DNA of 64,000 nt from Nitrospirota bacterium (lineage in GTDB: Bacteria > JACPQY01), in the NCBI GenBank assembly GCA_016180645.1, contig JACPAV010000012.1:1-64000 (forward strand), given 5' to 3'. The notes beneath the pieces are model-generated. The model did not search any database. It worked only from the letters and a program-made list of their open reading frames with translations, and was not told the DNA's origin. Positions within the stretch are counted from its first letter, which is position 1, and each line of letters begins with the position of its first letter. Below are positions 27,781-37,769 of the stretch, piece by piece. Made by a program: the position numbers and the translations under genes.

Positions 27781-28485
27781 ATGGTTGAGCCGTTAGGTTG
27801 GAGGGGTATCGCGGTTCTTCTGACTGGTTTGCTGATCGCCGGGTGCAACAACCAAGTCTCAAATCCACCGAGGGCCGAAGCCAGCTCAGCCGAGGAAAAA
27901 GAACCTGAAGTTGTCGACAACGCATGCCCGGGCAAGCCGTATAGTTGTGAGTGCAAGTCGCAACCAGACGACGAGCTTAAGGGGACTTTTCTAGGCAAAG
28001 AGTTTGAAGAGATACGATATCCAGGTTCGGTGATCGACCTCGAATTCGGTGGTCCGCATGTAGTCGAATCCAACGACGACTATCGACAAGAACTGTTCGA
28101 CTACAGGCTCCCCTTGTCATTTACGGCAGGGTTCGCCCAATCCTGTGATAGATTTGAGGGAATCACCTTGCGCCGTACAGACAGGTGGATGCTACCTCCG
28201 TCAAAGGTGCAACATGCCAATTCGCCTCCCGTCGTGGTCTACATGTGGTTCGCCCCAGGCGGCAATCCGGAACGTACTCCGGGATACTGCTATTCTGAAG
28301 CGTTCCACCTGGAAGGAAATGATTGTACGTACCAGACCGAAATCTATCTCCGAACTGCCGGGCCTGGTGACGTAACAACTTACAGGATTGTTGTTCTGAA
28401 TTACTTTGAAGACTCGCCGTATGTGGACCAAGCCACAGGAACTTATGTCCGCGATTTCGTTTTCTCCGCCCCTCCTGCCCGATAG
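27781..28485 (+). CDS. Hypothetical lipoprotein
   Basis: LLIAG-C lipobox; Cys-containing; locally lower GC. Confidence 0.65.
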   Translation: MVEPLGWRGIAVLLTGLLIAGCNNQVSNPPRAEASSAEEKEPEVVDNACPGKPYSCECKSQPDDELKGTFLGKEFEEIRYPGSVIDLEFGGPHVVESNDDYRQELFDYRLPLSFTAGFAQSCDRFEGITLRRTDRWMLPPSKVQHANSPPVVVYMWFAPGGNPERTPGYCYSEAFHLEGNDCTYQTEIYLRTAGPGDVTTYRIVVLNYFEDSPYVDQATGTYVRDFVFSAPPAR

Positions 28486-28497
28486 GCCCCAAGAAAG

Positions 28498-29466
28498 TTA
28501 TCCGCCGTAGAAGTTGCGCGGCCAGGCGTGCTTCTTGAGTTCTTCGAGCACGTCTTCAGACAGAGGCGACCCACCGGAAGCCCGAACGTTTTCCTCGACG
28601 TGTTCTGACCGGCGCATACCGGGAATGGTGGTGGAGACCGCCGGAGGGCTGAGGACAAATTTGAGCGCGCCCTGGGCGATGGAGCGAACGTCATCACGAA
28701 CCAGGAATTTCAATTTTTCGGCCCGATCCACCGTTTCCGTGAGTCGTTTGCCCTTGAAATATCGCCCGCGGAAGTCACCCTCGGCGAACGTCGTTTTGGA
28801 GGTCAATTTTCCCGTGAGCCCGCTTTCGTCCAATGGGCAGCGTGCGATGACGCCGGTTTCGTGCTTCCGGCAGGCGGGGAACAGATTCTGCTCCGGAGAT
28901 TGATCGAAAATATTGTAGATGACCTGCACGCAGTCGATTTCTCCCGTTGCCACGGCGTCGACGCCGCAGTCGGGATCATGATCGTTGAGTGAGAGGCCGA
29001 AGAAGAGGATCTTACCCTCCGCCTTCAGTTTCTCCTTGGCTTCCTTCCATTCGTCCTGTGAAGCCCAATCCTTGTGCCAGACGTGATATTGGAGGAGATC
29101 CACCTGTTCGAGCTGGAGATTCTTCAGGCTCTTGTCGACGCATTCCTTCACCCACTTCACGGGGAAGGTCTTCAGAATATTGGGATTGTCCGGGGGCCAG
29201 TGGTAGTCCTTCGGGGGGACCTTCGTTGCCACGTAGGCCGGCTGTTTCGTTTCTTTGAGAATGGAGCCGATGAGCCGTTCGCTGTGGCCGTCGCCGTACA
29301 CCAGCGCGGTGTCCAGGAAATTGATTCCCAGTTCCATGGCCCGGATGATGGCGGGCCGCGAGTTTTCGTCCTGCGGTCCGCCCCACCAGGTTCCGCCGAT
29401 CCCCCATGACCCCAGGCCGATTTCGGAAACGCGCAGTCCGGTTTTTCCAAGTTCGCGATATTGCAT
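28498..29466 (-). CDS. Aldo/keto reductase
   Basis: MQYRELGKTGLRVSEIGLG, DTALVYG, ATK, QYH, IPG. Confidence 0.95.
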   Translation of the reverse strand: MQYRELGKTGLRVSEIGLGSWGIGGTWWGGPQDENSRPAIIRAMELGINFLDTALVYGDGHSERLIGSILKETKQPAYVATKVPPKDYHWPPDNPNILKTFPVKWVKECVDKSLKNLQLEQVDLLQYHVWHKDWASQDEWKEAKEKLKAEGKILFFGLSLNDHDPDCGVDAVATGEIDCVQVIYNIFDQSPEQNLFPACRKHETGVIARCPLDESGLTGKLTSKTTFAEGDFRGRYFKGKRLTETVDRAEKLKFLVRDDVRSIAQGALKFVLSPPAVSTTIPGMRRSEHVEENVRASGGSPLSEDVLEELKKHAWPRNFYGG

Positions 29467-29470
29467 CCGG

Positions 29471-30280
29471 CTACTCCGCCTTGATTCGGAGAAAGCGATC
29501 CATGAGCCTCTCGGTGAGTCCGGATGGCGCAAGCCAGTCCAGTCCCGCGCCCAACTTGTTCATCATGCCGGGGATGACCAACCGTTCGGCGCCCGACGCT
29601 CCTTCGACCACGGCGCGCGCGACCTCATCGGGTGTGTTGGAGAGTCGTGGAGAGGGGCGCCGCAGATCGGCGTTCTTCCCAAATCTCTTCGCGCTTTTCT
29701 GGAAGTCGGTGGATGTGATTCCGGGGCACACGGCCATGACATGAATGCCGTACGGCTTGAGCTCGCTTCGGAGGGCGTCCGAAAGGGCGTTCAACGCCGC
29801 CTTGGACGCGCTGTAGGTGGCGAACTTGGGAATGGGCCGCAGGCCCGCCATGGACGAGATGTTGATGATCATGCCGGACTTCTTCGATTTCATGATGGGG
29901 GCGACCGCGTAGATCATGTTGAGGACTCCAAACAGGTTTGTTTCGAGCATCTCGCGGTGCTCCTCGATGGGGGCGGACAGCAGATAGCCGTAGACGCCGT
30001 ATCCGGCATTGTTGACCAGGACATCTATGGTTTTGAAAGCTCGCGTGATCGAATCGACGGCCTGCTCGACTTCCCGGGGACGGGTGACGTCCGCTCGGGC
30101 CACGTACGCGATCGAGCCGGCCTTCTGAACTTCCGATTGGACCTCCTCCAGCGCGCTCGACGTGCGCGCGATGAGTCCAAGCTTTGCCCCTTCCCGGGCG
30201 AAGGCAAGGGCGGTGGCACGACCGATCCCGGCGGAGGCGCCGGTGATCACCACCACGCGATCCTTGAACGTCCACCGCAT
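29471..30280 (-). CDS. Short-chain dehydrogenase/reductase
   Basis: TGASAGIG, NNAG, YSASK. Confidence 0.95.
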   Translation of the reverse strand: MRWTFKDRVVVITGASAGIGRATALAFAREGAKLGLIARTSSALEEVQSEVQKAGSIAYVARADVTRPREVEQAVDSITRAFKTIDVLVNNAGYGVYGYLLSAPIEEHREMLETNLFGVLNMIYAVAPIMKSKKSGMIINISSMAGLRPIPKFATYSASKAALNALSDALRSELKPYGIHVMAVCPGITSTDFQKSAKRFGKNADLRRPSPRLSNTPDEVARAVVEGASGAERLVIPGMMNKLGAGLDWLAPSGLTERLMDRFLRIKAE

Positions 30281-30353
30281 GCGGACGAGACTATCTTTGC
30301 CGTGCCGGGGTTGTCAATGGACGCACGGATTTCTGGTACAATACCGGCGTTAC

Positions 30354-30593
30354 ATGGATGCGACAATCATTATCAAGAAGATCCAGGCGTCGTTGGACGG
30401 CGCCCGTGTGGATGTAAAGGACCTGACGGGGACGATGGATCACTGGCAGGTCACGGTGACCGCTCCCCAATTCAGGGGCAAGTCCCTCGTGGAGCAACAC
30501 CGGATGATCTACGCCATACTCCACAACGACATGGAAGCCCAGGGCGGCGGGATCCACGCGCTGTCCATCAACACGGTCATATCAGAGTCGTAA
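30354..30593 (+). CDS. bolA: BolA/IbaG family protein
   Basis: DH, FRGKSLVEQHRMIY, IHALSI. Confidence 0.93.
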   Translation: MDATIIIKKIQASLDGARVDVKDLTGTMDHWQVTVTAPQFRGKSLVEQHRMIYAILHNDMEAQGGGIHALSINTVISES

Positions 30594-30609
30594 CTCCGAA
30601 ATCAGCGAG

Positions 30610-30933
30610 GTGAACATGGCACCAACGGAACTCGTCAAGAAAGTCGAAGAGCAGGTTAAGGGGAACAAGGTCATCATTTACATGAAGGGTGAGAAGGATT
30701 TTCCGCAGTGCGGGTTCTCCGCGCGGGCGGTGGAAGTTCTCAAACAGTACAACGTCCCGTTCAAAGACGTAAACGTGCTGGAGGACGATGACCTGTGGGG
30801 GGCCTTGGAGGACTACTCCAAATGGCCCACGGTGCCCCAGATTTTCATCAACGGCGAATTTGTCGGCGGGTGTGACATCATCACGGAACTCCATCAGAAG
30901 GGTGAGCTTCAGAAACTGATTGACAAGACCTAG
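30610..30933 (+). CDS. grxD: Monothiol glutaredoxin (Grx4)
   Basis: MKG, CGFS, WPTVPQ, GGCD. Confidence 0.96.
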   Translation: MNMAPTELVKKVEEQVKGNKVIIYMKGEKDFPQCGFSARAVEVLKQYNVPFKDVNVLEDDDLWGALEDYSKWPTVPQIFINGEFVGGCDIITELHQKGELQKLIDKT

Positions 30934-30998
30934 ACGGACTGAGCCGCAGCGGTATGCTCGGCGCGGGCACGATTTGAGTTTCCCCCAACGTCCAAGGA

Positions 30999-31059
30999 CG
31001 CACCCATAAAGGGTGCGGCTACCAAGACCGACCGCGTAGGCGCAGGTTTTGTGCCTGCG
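30999..31059. repeat. GTAG-type REP doublet
   Basis: cgcaccc-ataa-agggtgcg-gctac and gtag-gcgcagg-ttttgtg-cctgcg between convergent genes; same units as 60313-60367. Confidence 0.85.
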
Positions 31060-31088
31060 TCTTCGGGAGCGGCCACGGTCTGCGCCGG

Positions 31089-32273
31089 CTATTCGGATGT
31101 CGGGGGCCTGGTGAGTCGCTCCTTGAAGAAATCCCAGATGGGTTTCATGCCGAAGAGGTACCCGTAGGGAACTTGAAGGATGGGGGTGGGCGAGGTCGGG
31201 AAGTCGTTGATCAATTCAAAGTAAGGGTAGATGTCCGGCGCGGTTTCGCAGTGGTACGGCTCGTCGTCGCCCGACTTGTACCAGTCCACTTGGTGGTCTG
31301 AAACGAAGGCCCTGAGCTTGGGATCGATGCGCACCGCCAGGTTGCCGGTGCTCGAGCCGCCGGAATGACCAATGAGGCCGACGCGGTCGGGGTCCACATC
31401 CTCCCGGCAACGTATGTACCGGAGGCCGAGGAGACTTTCGTACACCCGCAACGAGATCAGGTTGAAACCGTTCAGGAGAAGCGTCCGCGTGACCTCGTGT
31501 TCATCTGCGTCGATGTTCATGGCTCGAAGGGTAAGCATGAGGATTGCGTAACCGTGCGCGGGGTATTCATTTCCGTGGAAGGTGTCGCGGTAGATTTCCG
31601 CGGTGTCACCGTGGCCGTGGAGGGCGACGATTCCGGGGGATGGCCCGCCTGTTTTCGGAGTAAGGAGGATGCCTTTGAAGGTTCCGACAAGGGGATCTTC
31701 GAATAGGAGCGCGGTCTCTTCGTATTCGGCGGATGAGGTTTCCCCGGTGATGGCGACCTTGAGTGGACGGTTGTCCAGTCCTTCCTCAAGGAAGCGCATG
31801 TTCAGGCGGTCGAGTAGCATCTCCCGGAGCGTTTCGGCCGGCATCGGTTCGGCAACGATGGGTGTTCGACCCGCCGGGATGTCGGAAAGTTTCCGGTTTA
31901 GTTCGTCCTCCGTGATGGGGCTTGCGTACGGGGCGGCGATGGCGGGAAAGGCGAGATAGTCCCCGGTGCAGCTCTTCGAGTCCTCACAGGCCCAGTCCGC
32001 GCCCGGCTTATCCTCCACCGTCAGCGTCCGACACCCTTCGGGACGACTTTGGGTATCGGCGGTGCAACCGCAGGATACGGCGAGCGCCGCGAATATCAGG
32101 GCTTCGAGCAAAATGGATGCCTGGCGCGAGTCTCCCGCAGGCGTAAAGCCTGCGCCTACCCTGAATGCACATTCTCGGTAGCCGCGGGCTTTAGCCCGCG
32201 TGATTGCGCGAGAGGGTCTAGCGACGCTGTCCCGCAGGAAATGGCGGAAGAGGTCAGGGGGCTTGAAGATCAT
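31089..32273 (-). CDS. Alpha/beta-hydrolase (esterase-like) lipoprotein
   Basis: LHGHG, GHSGG nucleophile motif, AVSCGC lipobox-like; start uncertain (ATG 32273 or TTG 32111). Confidence 0.75.
   Translation of the reverse strand: MIFKPPDLFRHFLRDSVARPSRAITRAKARGYRECAFRVGAGFTPAGDSRQASILLEALIFAALAVSCGCTADTQSRPEGCRTLTVEDKPGADWACEDSKSCTGDYLAFPAIAAPYASPITEDELNRKLSDIPAGRTPIVAEPMPAETLREMLLDRLNMRFLEEGLDNRPLKVAITGETSSAEYEETALLFEDPLVGTFKGILLTPKTGGPSPGIVALHGHGDTAEIYRDTFHGNEYPAHGYAILMLTLRAMNIDADEHEVTRTLLLNGFNLISLRVYESLLGLRYIRCREDVDPDRVGLIGHSGGSSTGNLAVRIDPKLRAFVSDHQVDWYKSGDDEPYHCETAPDIYPYFELINDFPTSPTPILQVPYGYLFGMKPIWDFFKERLTRPPTSE
32136..32200. repeat. GTAG-type REP doublet
   Basis: cgcaggc-gtaaa-gcctgcg-cctac and gtagc-cgcgggc-ttta-gcccgcg; homologous to 11231-11294. 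Confidence 0.85.
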
Positions 32274-34347
32274 CGAGCACAGACGCTCCGGCCCGGATGA
32301 AGATGGGGATGCGATCGAGAGGCACCGGATCTTCGAAGTCCACCGGTCCGGTGAGCCGGCGTGACCGGTTCCAGAAGTCGACCCATTTGCCCTTGGGGAG
32401 GTAGACACTCTGTGTGCGCTTCCCCACTTTCCACACGGGAGCGACCAGAATATCGTCGCCGAAAAGGAACTCCTCCCAAAGATCTTTGGCGCGGGGATCA
32501 TCGGGATAATTGAAGACGAGCGGCTTGGCGATGGGGCGCCCGCTCCGATGCGCTTCCTGGGCGTGGCGGTAGGTGTAGGGCACGAGCGCGTGGTGAAGTT
32601 TTACGTACATGCGGTAAATGTCGATCATTTCAGTGTCGTAGCGGGGATTGGTTGGCATGTCCCATGGGGCGCGGGAGCCGACCCCTCCGATTTCCATGAT
32701 CGGGCAGAAGGCGCTGAACTCGATCCACCGGGCGAAAAGCTCACGATCGCCGAACTGCTCATAGCCGCCCGTGTCGGATCCCCAGATGGGGAACCCGTTG
32801 AACGCGTTGTATTGAACCGCAAGGATAGCCGAACGCAGTCCGAGATCGGTCGGAGCGCCCAGAATGTTTTTGCCCGGGATGTCGCCGGCGGAGAATACAG
32901 CCCACTGTTGGCTTCCGGCGTAGCCGGCGCGGGGGTAAACGAGAAAGTCGTCTCCGCGTTCGGCTCGCATGATGTCGTGGTGCACTTTGGCGAACAGGAC
33001 CGGATAGTCGTTGCGCACTTCACGGCCGGTTCGACCATCGCTGTAGATGTCCGTCACCGCGTCGGGAACATCTTCGTCGCCGCGATCCAGCTTAAGACCG
33101 GCGAAACCCATCCTGACGAGCGGTGTAATTTTATCGATCCACCATTGGACGGCGTCCGGGTTGGTGTAGTCGATAATGAAACGGGAGCTTGGAGCGAGGA
33201 AACCTCCATCCGTCGCCTCGCGATGGGTGTTGACGCCGGTGGCCCAGGGCGCCACCCAGAGAAAGACGTGATAGCCGCGCGCGTTGAGCGCATCGACTAT
33301 CTGCTGTGGATTCGGAAAGCGGGTCTCGTCCCATACGAGATCGCCGAAACCGGGTTCCTCGGGAATAGGGAGATCCGGAAGATCGCCCGTGGCCCAGGGA
33401 CGATCGATGGTGTAGTTTCCGACGGGGATATCGAGGGCCTCGTAGTGGGTCACGTCGTCCACCACATCGGCATTCATTTCGATTCCGTCCAGAAGGGCAG
33501 GCGGCGCGGTGCGGTGTTCATCCCGCCATCGCCAGTGCTTGAAGGCCCATTCAGGGGGAAGGAACGGGCGGCCCGTGAGGGTGGTGTAGCGGTCGAGAAT
33601 CCGGTCGTGCGTCGGCCCGCCGATGAAATCGAAAGTCCAGGTTCGGACGCCGGGCGGCATTTCGAACTGGATATCGATGGCTTCGCGCTCGGTGGCGGCG
33701 AGATCGTACGTTCCGATGGAAGTTCCCTCCACGTAGATCCCGTAGCCGCGCGAGGTCTGGAAGAACGGAGTGTAGAGCGCCACCGAGTTGGCCACGCGCA
33801 TCGGGACGATGAGGCCGCGCCTGTCGAGAGACCCCAACTCCGCCGGGATGAACTCGCTGGTTACGGGGTTTGAGGCGATCCGTTCCATCAGGCCATAGAT
33901 GATTTCGTTGGGTGGGGATTGAAGGCGCAATCCGGCAGCATTGGCGGCGCCTGGCGGCGGGGTGAGATTCAATCGTGCGACGCCGTTGAGAGGGAAGGAA
34001 AGTTTCAGCGTCGCATCGCCCGCGGTTGTGGGGCACTGAAAGTGAACGTCGTCACCCTCGCGTTCGAATCCGGAGACGGCGGTGATGGGCACGCGCTTGC
34101 CTGCCAGGGAGAAGAACAGGGCAGGTTTCGCGCCCTTCACCTCTCCGTTTCCGGTATGGAAGATCAGTCCACCCTCGGATCGAGAAATCTCGATGGTCGC
34201 CTCCGGCCCGCGGATTTCGACCCTTCCGTTCTCATCGGACACGCGCACGCGAGGGAAGGAGGAAGGACAGGCCGATACGAGGATCGAGCTCAAGGCCAGT
34301 AGGGCCGCATGTGTTCGGATGAGGGTGCGATGGAGTGAGAAGAACAA
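32254..34347 (-). CDS. Glycoside hydrolase family 31 (alpha-glucosidase/xylosidase), probable lipoprotein
   Basis: TGRP.LPP.WA, KLDRGD nucleophile region, AGD, WGSDTGGY, GDDILVAPV, YLPKG.W; LVSA-C lipobox; start approximate. Confidence 0.9.
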   Translation of the reverse strand: MFFSLHRTLIRTHAALLALSSILVSACPSSFPRVRVSDENGRVEIRGPEATIEISRSEGGLIFHTGNGEVKGAKPALFFSLAGKRVPITAVSGFEREGDDVHFQCPTTAGDATLKLSFPLNGVARLNLTPPPGAANAAGLRLQSPPNEIIYGLMERIASNPVTSEFIPAELGSLDRRGLIVPMRVANSVALYTPFFQTSRGYGIYVEGTSIGTYDLAATEREAIDIQFEMPPGVRTWTFDFIGGPTHDRILDRYTTLTGRPFLPPEWAFKHWRWRDEHRTAPPALLDGIEMNADVVDDVTHYEALDIPVGNYTIDRPWATGDLPDLPIPEEPGFGDLVWDETRFPNPQQIVDALNARGYHVFLWVAPWATGVNTHREATDGGFLAPSSRFIIDYTNPDAVQWWIDKITPLVRMGFAGLKLDRGDEDVPDAVTDIYSDGRTGREVRNDYPVLFAKVHHDIMRAERGDDFLVYPRAGYAGSQQWAVFSAGDIPGKNILGAPTDLGLRSAILAVQYNAFNGFPIWGSDTGGYEQFGDRELFARWIEFSAFCPIMEIGGVGSRAPWDMPTNPRYDTEMIDIYRMYVKLHHALVPYTYRHAQEAHRSGRPIAKPLVFNYPDDPRAKDLWEEFLFGDDILVAPVWKVGKRTQSVYLPKGKWVDFWNRSRRLTGPVDFEDPVPLDRIPIFIRAGASVLDDLQAP

Positions 34348-34366
34348 GCTCGAACGCGTCAGGCGA

Positions 34367-34780
34367 TCACGCCTGGAAGGAGAGGCCGCAGCCGCAGGAG
34401 CTTTTGACGTTCGGATTCTTGAACTCGAACGTGCCCGCGAGAGGATTGGAACCGGCATCGAGGACCGTTCCCTTGAGATAGATCAGGCTCTTCATGTCGA
34501 TGAATACCCGTACGTTCAGCGGAGCATCGAAAATCTTGTCGGTTGGACGCGCCCGCTTTTCGGGGTCCATCTTGTACTGCATGCCATTGCACCCGCCGCC
34601 CACGACACGAATTCGGAGGCCGTAACGGCCGCTCTCGTCCTGCACATTTTTAGATTTTAGAAGATCAATCAGCCGCTTGGCGGCTTTCTCGGTTACGGCG
34701 AAGGGTTGTTTCGAATCTCCGGACGGGGGCCCAGGTGTGGGGAGTGATCCGCCGGCCAAAGAATGTTCCGTTGTGTCCAT
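34367..34780 (-). CDS. HesB/IscA A-type iron-sulfur carrier
   Basis: LRIRVVGGGCNG.QY, FKNPN, SCGCGLSF. Confidence 0.93.
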   Translation of the reverse strand: MDTTEHSLAGGSLPTPGPPSGDSKQPFAVTEKAAKRLIDLLKSKNVQDESGRYGLRIRVVGGGCNGMQYKMDPEKRARPTDKIFDAPLNVRVFIDMKSLIYLKGTVLDAGSNPLAGTFEFKNPNVKSSCGCGLSFQA

Positions 34781-34781
34781 A

Positions 34782-35381
34782 TCAAGTGGGGATGGATGCC
34801 ATGGGTTGCGGTGGCCGCTCCGGGCTCGTGCCCTCTCCGCCTGAGGCGGACACTTCCCCCATCCTGGAGGTCGGCACCACGTACGGCTTGCGCGTACCGC
34901 GATGACGAAGCGGTTGCTCTTCACGAATGAGCTTTTGGAGATACATCAGGCCGTCGGCCAGTGCTTCGGGTCGGGGAGGGCATCCGGGGACGTACACGTC
35001 AACCGGAATGACTTTGTCCACGCCGCGGAGGACGGAATAGCCGAGGTCGAAGAGCCCGCCGCAGTTGGAGCAGCTTCCCATCGAGAGGACCCACTTGGGC
35101 TCGGTCATCTGTTCCCAAAGAAGGCGGACGCGTGTCGCCATTTTGTACGTGATCGTTCCGGCGATGATCATCACATCGGACTGCCGCGGCGTGGCGCGGA
35201 AGATCATACCGAAGCGATCGAGGTCCAATCGCGGCCCGCCGGACTGCATCAGCTCGATTCCGCAGCACGCGGTGGCAAACAGCATGTACCAGAGCGAATT
35301 GCTCCGGCTCCAGTTGATGAGATCTTCGAGCTTGGCCACCACCACGGTGCCCGCTTCACTGACCGAATCGCGAATGCCCAT
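34782..35381 (-). CDS. nuoB: NADH-quinone oxidoreductase subunit B
   Basis: [34 protein letters not shown]. Confidence 0.93.
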   Translation of the reverse strand: MGIRDSVSEAGTVVVAKLEDLINWSRSNSLWYMLFATACCGIELMQSGGPRLDLDRFGMIFRATPRQSDVMIIAGTITYKMATRVRLLWEQMTEPKWVLSMGSCSNCGGLFDLGYSVLRGVDKVIPVDVYVPGCPPRPEALADGLMYLQKLIREEQPLRHRGTRKPYVVPTSRMGEVSASGGEGTSPERPPQPMASIPT

Positions 35382-35423
35382 CCCGGTTATTATCTCAGAG
35401 TTGGGACCAAAGGGCCAATTCGC

Positions 35424-36689
35424 TCAAGACGACCGCTTAAACAGCAGGCAGGCGTTGGTGCCGCCGAAGCCGAAGGAGTTGGAGAGGGCGTAGCGGATCT
35501 CTTGGGCGCGGGGCGTGTTCGGGACGTAGTCCAGATCGCACTTCGGATCGGGAGTGTCGTAGTTGATTGTTGGAGGGAGCATGCGATTCTGAATGGCGAG
35601 AACGGTGTAGACGGCCTCAATGGCCCCGGCTGCGCCGAGGGGGTGACCGGTCATCGATTTGGTGGAGCTGACGGCGAGTTTCGCGGTGCGCGGGCCGAAG
35701 ACCTTCTTGATGGCGGCCGTTTCGTTCATGTCGTTGTATTCGGTGGAAGTGCCGTGGGCATTGATGTAGTCGACCGCCTCCGGACCGACCTGGGCATCGT
35801 CCAGAGCCATCTGCATGCAACGAGCTGCGCCTTCGCCCTCGGGCGCCGGGGAGGTCATGTGATAGGCATCTCCGTTGAGGCCATAGCCGACGACCTCCGC
35901 AAGGATTTTCGCCCCCCGATTCACGGCGTGTTCCCATTCTTCGAGGACCACAACTGCGCCGCCTTCGGCCAGGATGAAGCCATCGCGCTCTTTCTCGAAA
36001 GGACGACTTGCTTTTTGCGGGTCACCGTTCCGAGTGCTGAGCGCCTTCATTGAGCCAAATCCGGCGATGGCCAAAGGGCACACGACCGATTCCGCCCCCC
36101 CCCCGAGCATGATATCCGAGGTGCCGTTCTGGATCAGGCGGAAGGCTTCGCCGATGGCGTGGCTGCCCGCGGCGCAGGCCGTGGTGGTGCACAGATTCGG
36201 ACCCTTGGCGCCGAGCTGGATGGAAACATGCCCGGCGGCCATGTTGGGAATGACGAGGGGGATGAAGAACGGCGTCACGCGCCTGGGGCCTTGTTCCACC
36301 AGAGTCGAATGGGTTTTCTCGATCATGGAAAGACCGCCCATGCCGACTCCAATGACGACACCGGCGCGGGAGGCATTGTTTTCGGCAATCGAAAGCTTCG
36401 CGTCTTCGACGGCCATCCGGGCGGAGGCCACGGCGAATTGGGAGAAGCGCTCCATCCGGCGGGCCTCTTTCTTTTCGACATAGTTTTCCGGGTTGAAATC
36501 CCGCACTTCGCCGGCAATCTGGGTGGGATACGTTGACGCATCGAACTGGCTGATGCGGCCGATACCGGACTTCCCTTCCATGAGGGCCGTCCAGTTCTGG
36601 CTCACGCCGGTGCCGAGCGGGGACACGATGCCGAGGCCCGTGACCGCCACCCGCCTGCGCACCGGACCCGGAGAGGGCCGGTTGCTCAC
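35424..36689 (-). CDS. fabF: Beta-ketoacyl-ACP synthase II
   Basis: TACAAG, NAHGTST, KSMTGH, NSFGFGG. Confidence 0.97.
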   Translation of the reverse strand: MSNRPSPGPVRRRVAVTGLGIVSPLGTGVSQNWTALMEGKSGIGRISQFDASTYPTQIAGEVRDFNPENYVEKKEARRMERFSQFAVASARMAVEDAKLSIAENNASRAGVVIGVGMGGLSMIEKTHSTLVEQGPRRVTPFFIPLVIPNMAAGHVSIQLGAKGPNLCTTTACAAGSHAIGEAFRLIQNGTSDIMLGGGAESVVCPLAIAGFGSMKALSTRNGDPQKASRPFEKERDGFILAEGGAVVVLEEWEHAVNRGAKILAEVVGYGLNGDAYHMTSPAPEGEGAARCMQMALDDAQVGPEAVDYINAHGTSTEYNDMNETAAIKKVFGPRTAKLAVSSTKSMTGHPLGAAGAIEAVYTVLAIQNRMLPPTINYDTPDPKCDLDYVPNTPRAQEIRYALSNSFGFGGTNACLLFKRSS

Positions 36690-36692
36690 TCG

Positions 36693-36941
36693 CTACTGGG
36701 ACTGATGCTGCTTGATATAGCCGGTGACGTCCTTGACCGTCTTGATTTTCTCCGCCTGGTCCTCGGGGATTTCAATGCCGAATTCCTCCTCCAGGGACAT
36801 CATCATTTCCACGATGTCCAGGGAGTCGGCGCCCAGATCGTCCACGATGGAAGAGTCGATCTTCACTTCGTCCACGTCCATTCCAAGCTGCTCTGCGATG
36901 ATTTCCCTGACGCGCTGTTCGGTGTTTGCTGCTGCTACCAT
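36693..36941 (-). CDS. acpP: Acyl carrier protein
   Basis: DLGADSLD phosphopantetheine site. Confidence 0.97.
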   Translation of the reverse strand: MVAAANTEQRVREIIAEQLGMDVDEVKIDSSIVDDLGADSLDIVEMMMSLEEEFGIEIPEDQAEKIKTVKDVTGYIKQHQSQ

Positions 36942-36989
36942 GGGGTTCCTCCCTGTCCCCCGCCCACGTTGGGGCGGGAAACCTTATGG

Positions 36990-37769
36990 TCACATGTACA
37001 AGCCGCCGTTGATGGAAACGACTTGTCCCGTTATGTACGAGGCCTTGTCCGAGGCCAGAAAACAGACGATTTCGGCGACTTCTTCCGGCCGCCCGAAACG
37101 TCCCAGTGGAATCTGTTGTTTCATGTTTTCTTTCGCCTTTTCGGGGAGCTTCTCCGTCATTTCGGTTTCCACGAAGCCCGGGGCCACCGCGTTCACGGTG
37201 ATCTCGCGTCCGGCCAGCTCCCGCGCCAGCGATTTCGTGAAACCCACGAGGCCCATCTTGGACGCCGCGTAGTTCGTCTGCCCGACGTTTCCGAAGAGCC
37301 CGGAAACGGACGCAATGTTGATGATGCGTCCCCAGCGTTTTTTCATCATACCCTTGGCAACCGCCCGACTCAGGGCGAAGGCCCCTTTCAAATTGGTTCG
37401 CATGACTTCATCCCATTCGTCATCCGACATCCGGATGAAGAGATTGTCCTTGGTGACGCCCGCATTGTTCACGAGAATTTGAACGCCTCCCCATTGTCCG
37501 TCAAGTTCGAGGCACATCTTCCGAGCCTCGCCGGTATCCGCCACGTCGAACCCGTAGGCGCGCGCTTCCGCTCCGGCCGATTTCAGCTCCTGCACGACCC
37601 GATCCGCCGAGTCTTTGTTCGACCTGAACGTGAACGCCACCTTGGCCCCTCTTGCGGAGAGAAGTCGAACGATCTCCCGACCGATGCCCCGGCTTCCCCC
37701 GCTGACGAGGGCCACCCGGCCCGACAGGGGTTTTTCGGGGGTCGCATTCACACTCGATTCAGGCGGCAT
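36990..37769 (-). CDS. fabG: 3-oxoacyl-ACP reductase
   Basis: GGSRGIG, NNAGVTKD, GQTNYAASK; fab context. Confidence 0.96.
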   Translation of the reverse strand: MPPESSVNATPEKPLSGRVALVSGGSRGIGREIVRLLSARGAKVAFTFRSNKDSADRVVQELKSAGAEARAYGFDVADTGEARKMCLELDGQWGGVQILVNNAGVTKDNLFIRMSDDEWDEVMRTNLKGAFALSRAVAKGMMKKRWGRIINIASVSGLFGNVGQTNYAASKMGLVGFTKSLARELAGREITVNAVAPGFVETEMTEKLPEKAKENMKQQIPLGRFGRPEEVAEIVCFLASDKASYITGQVVSINGGLYM

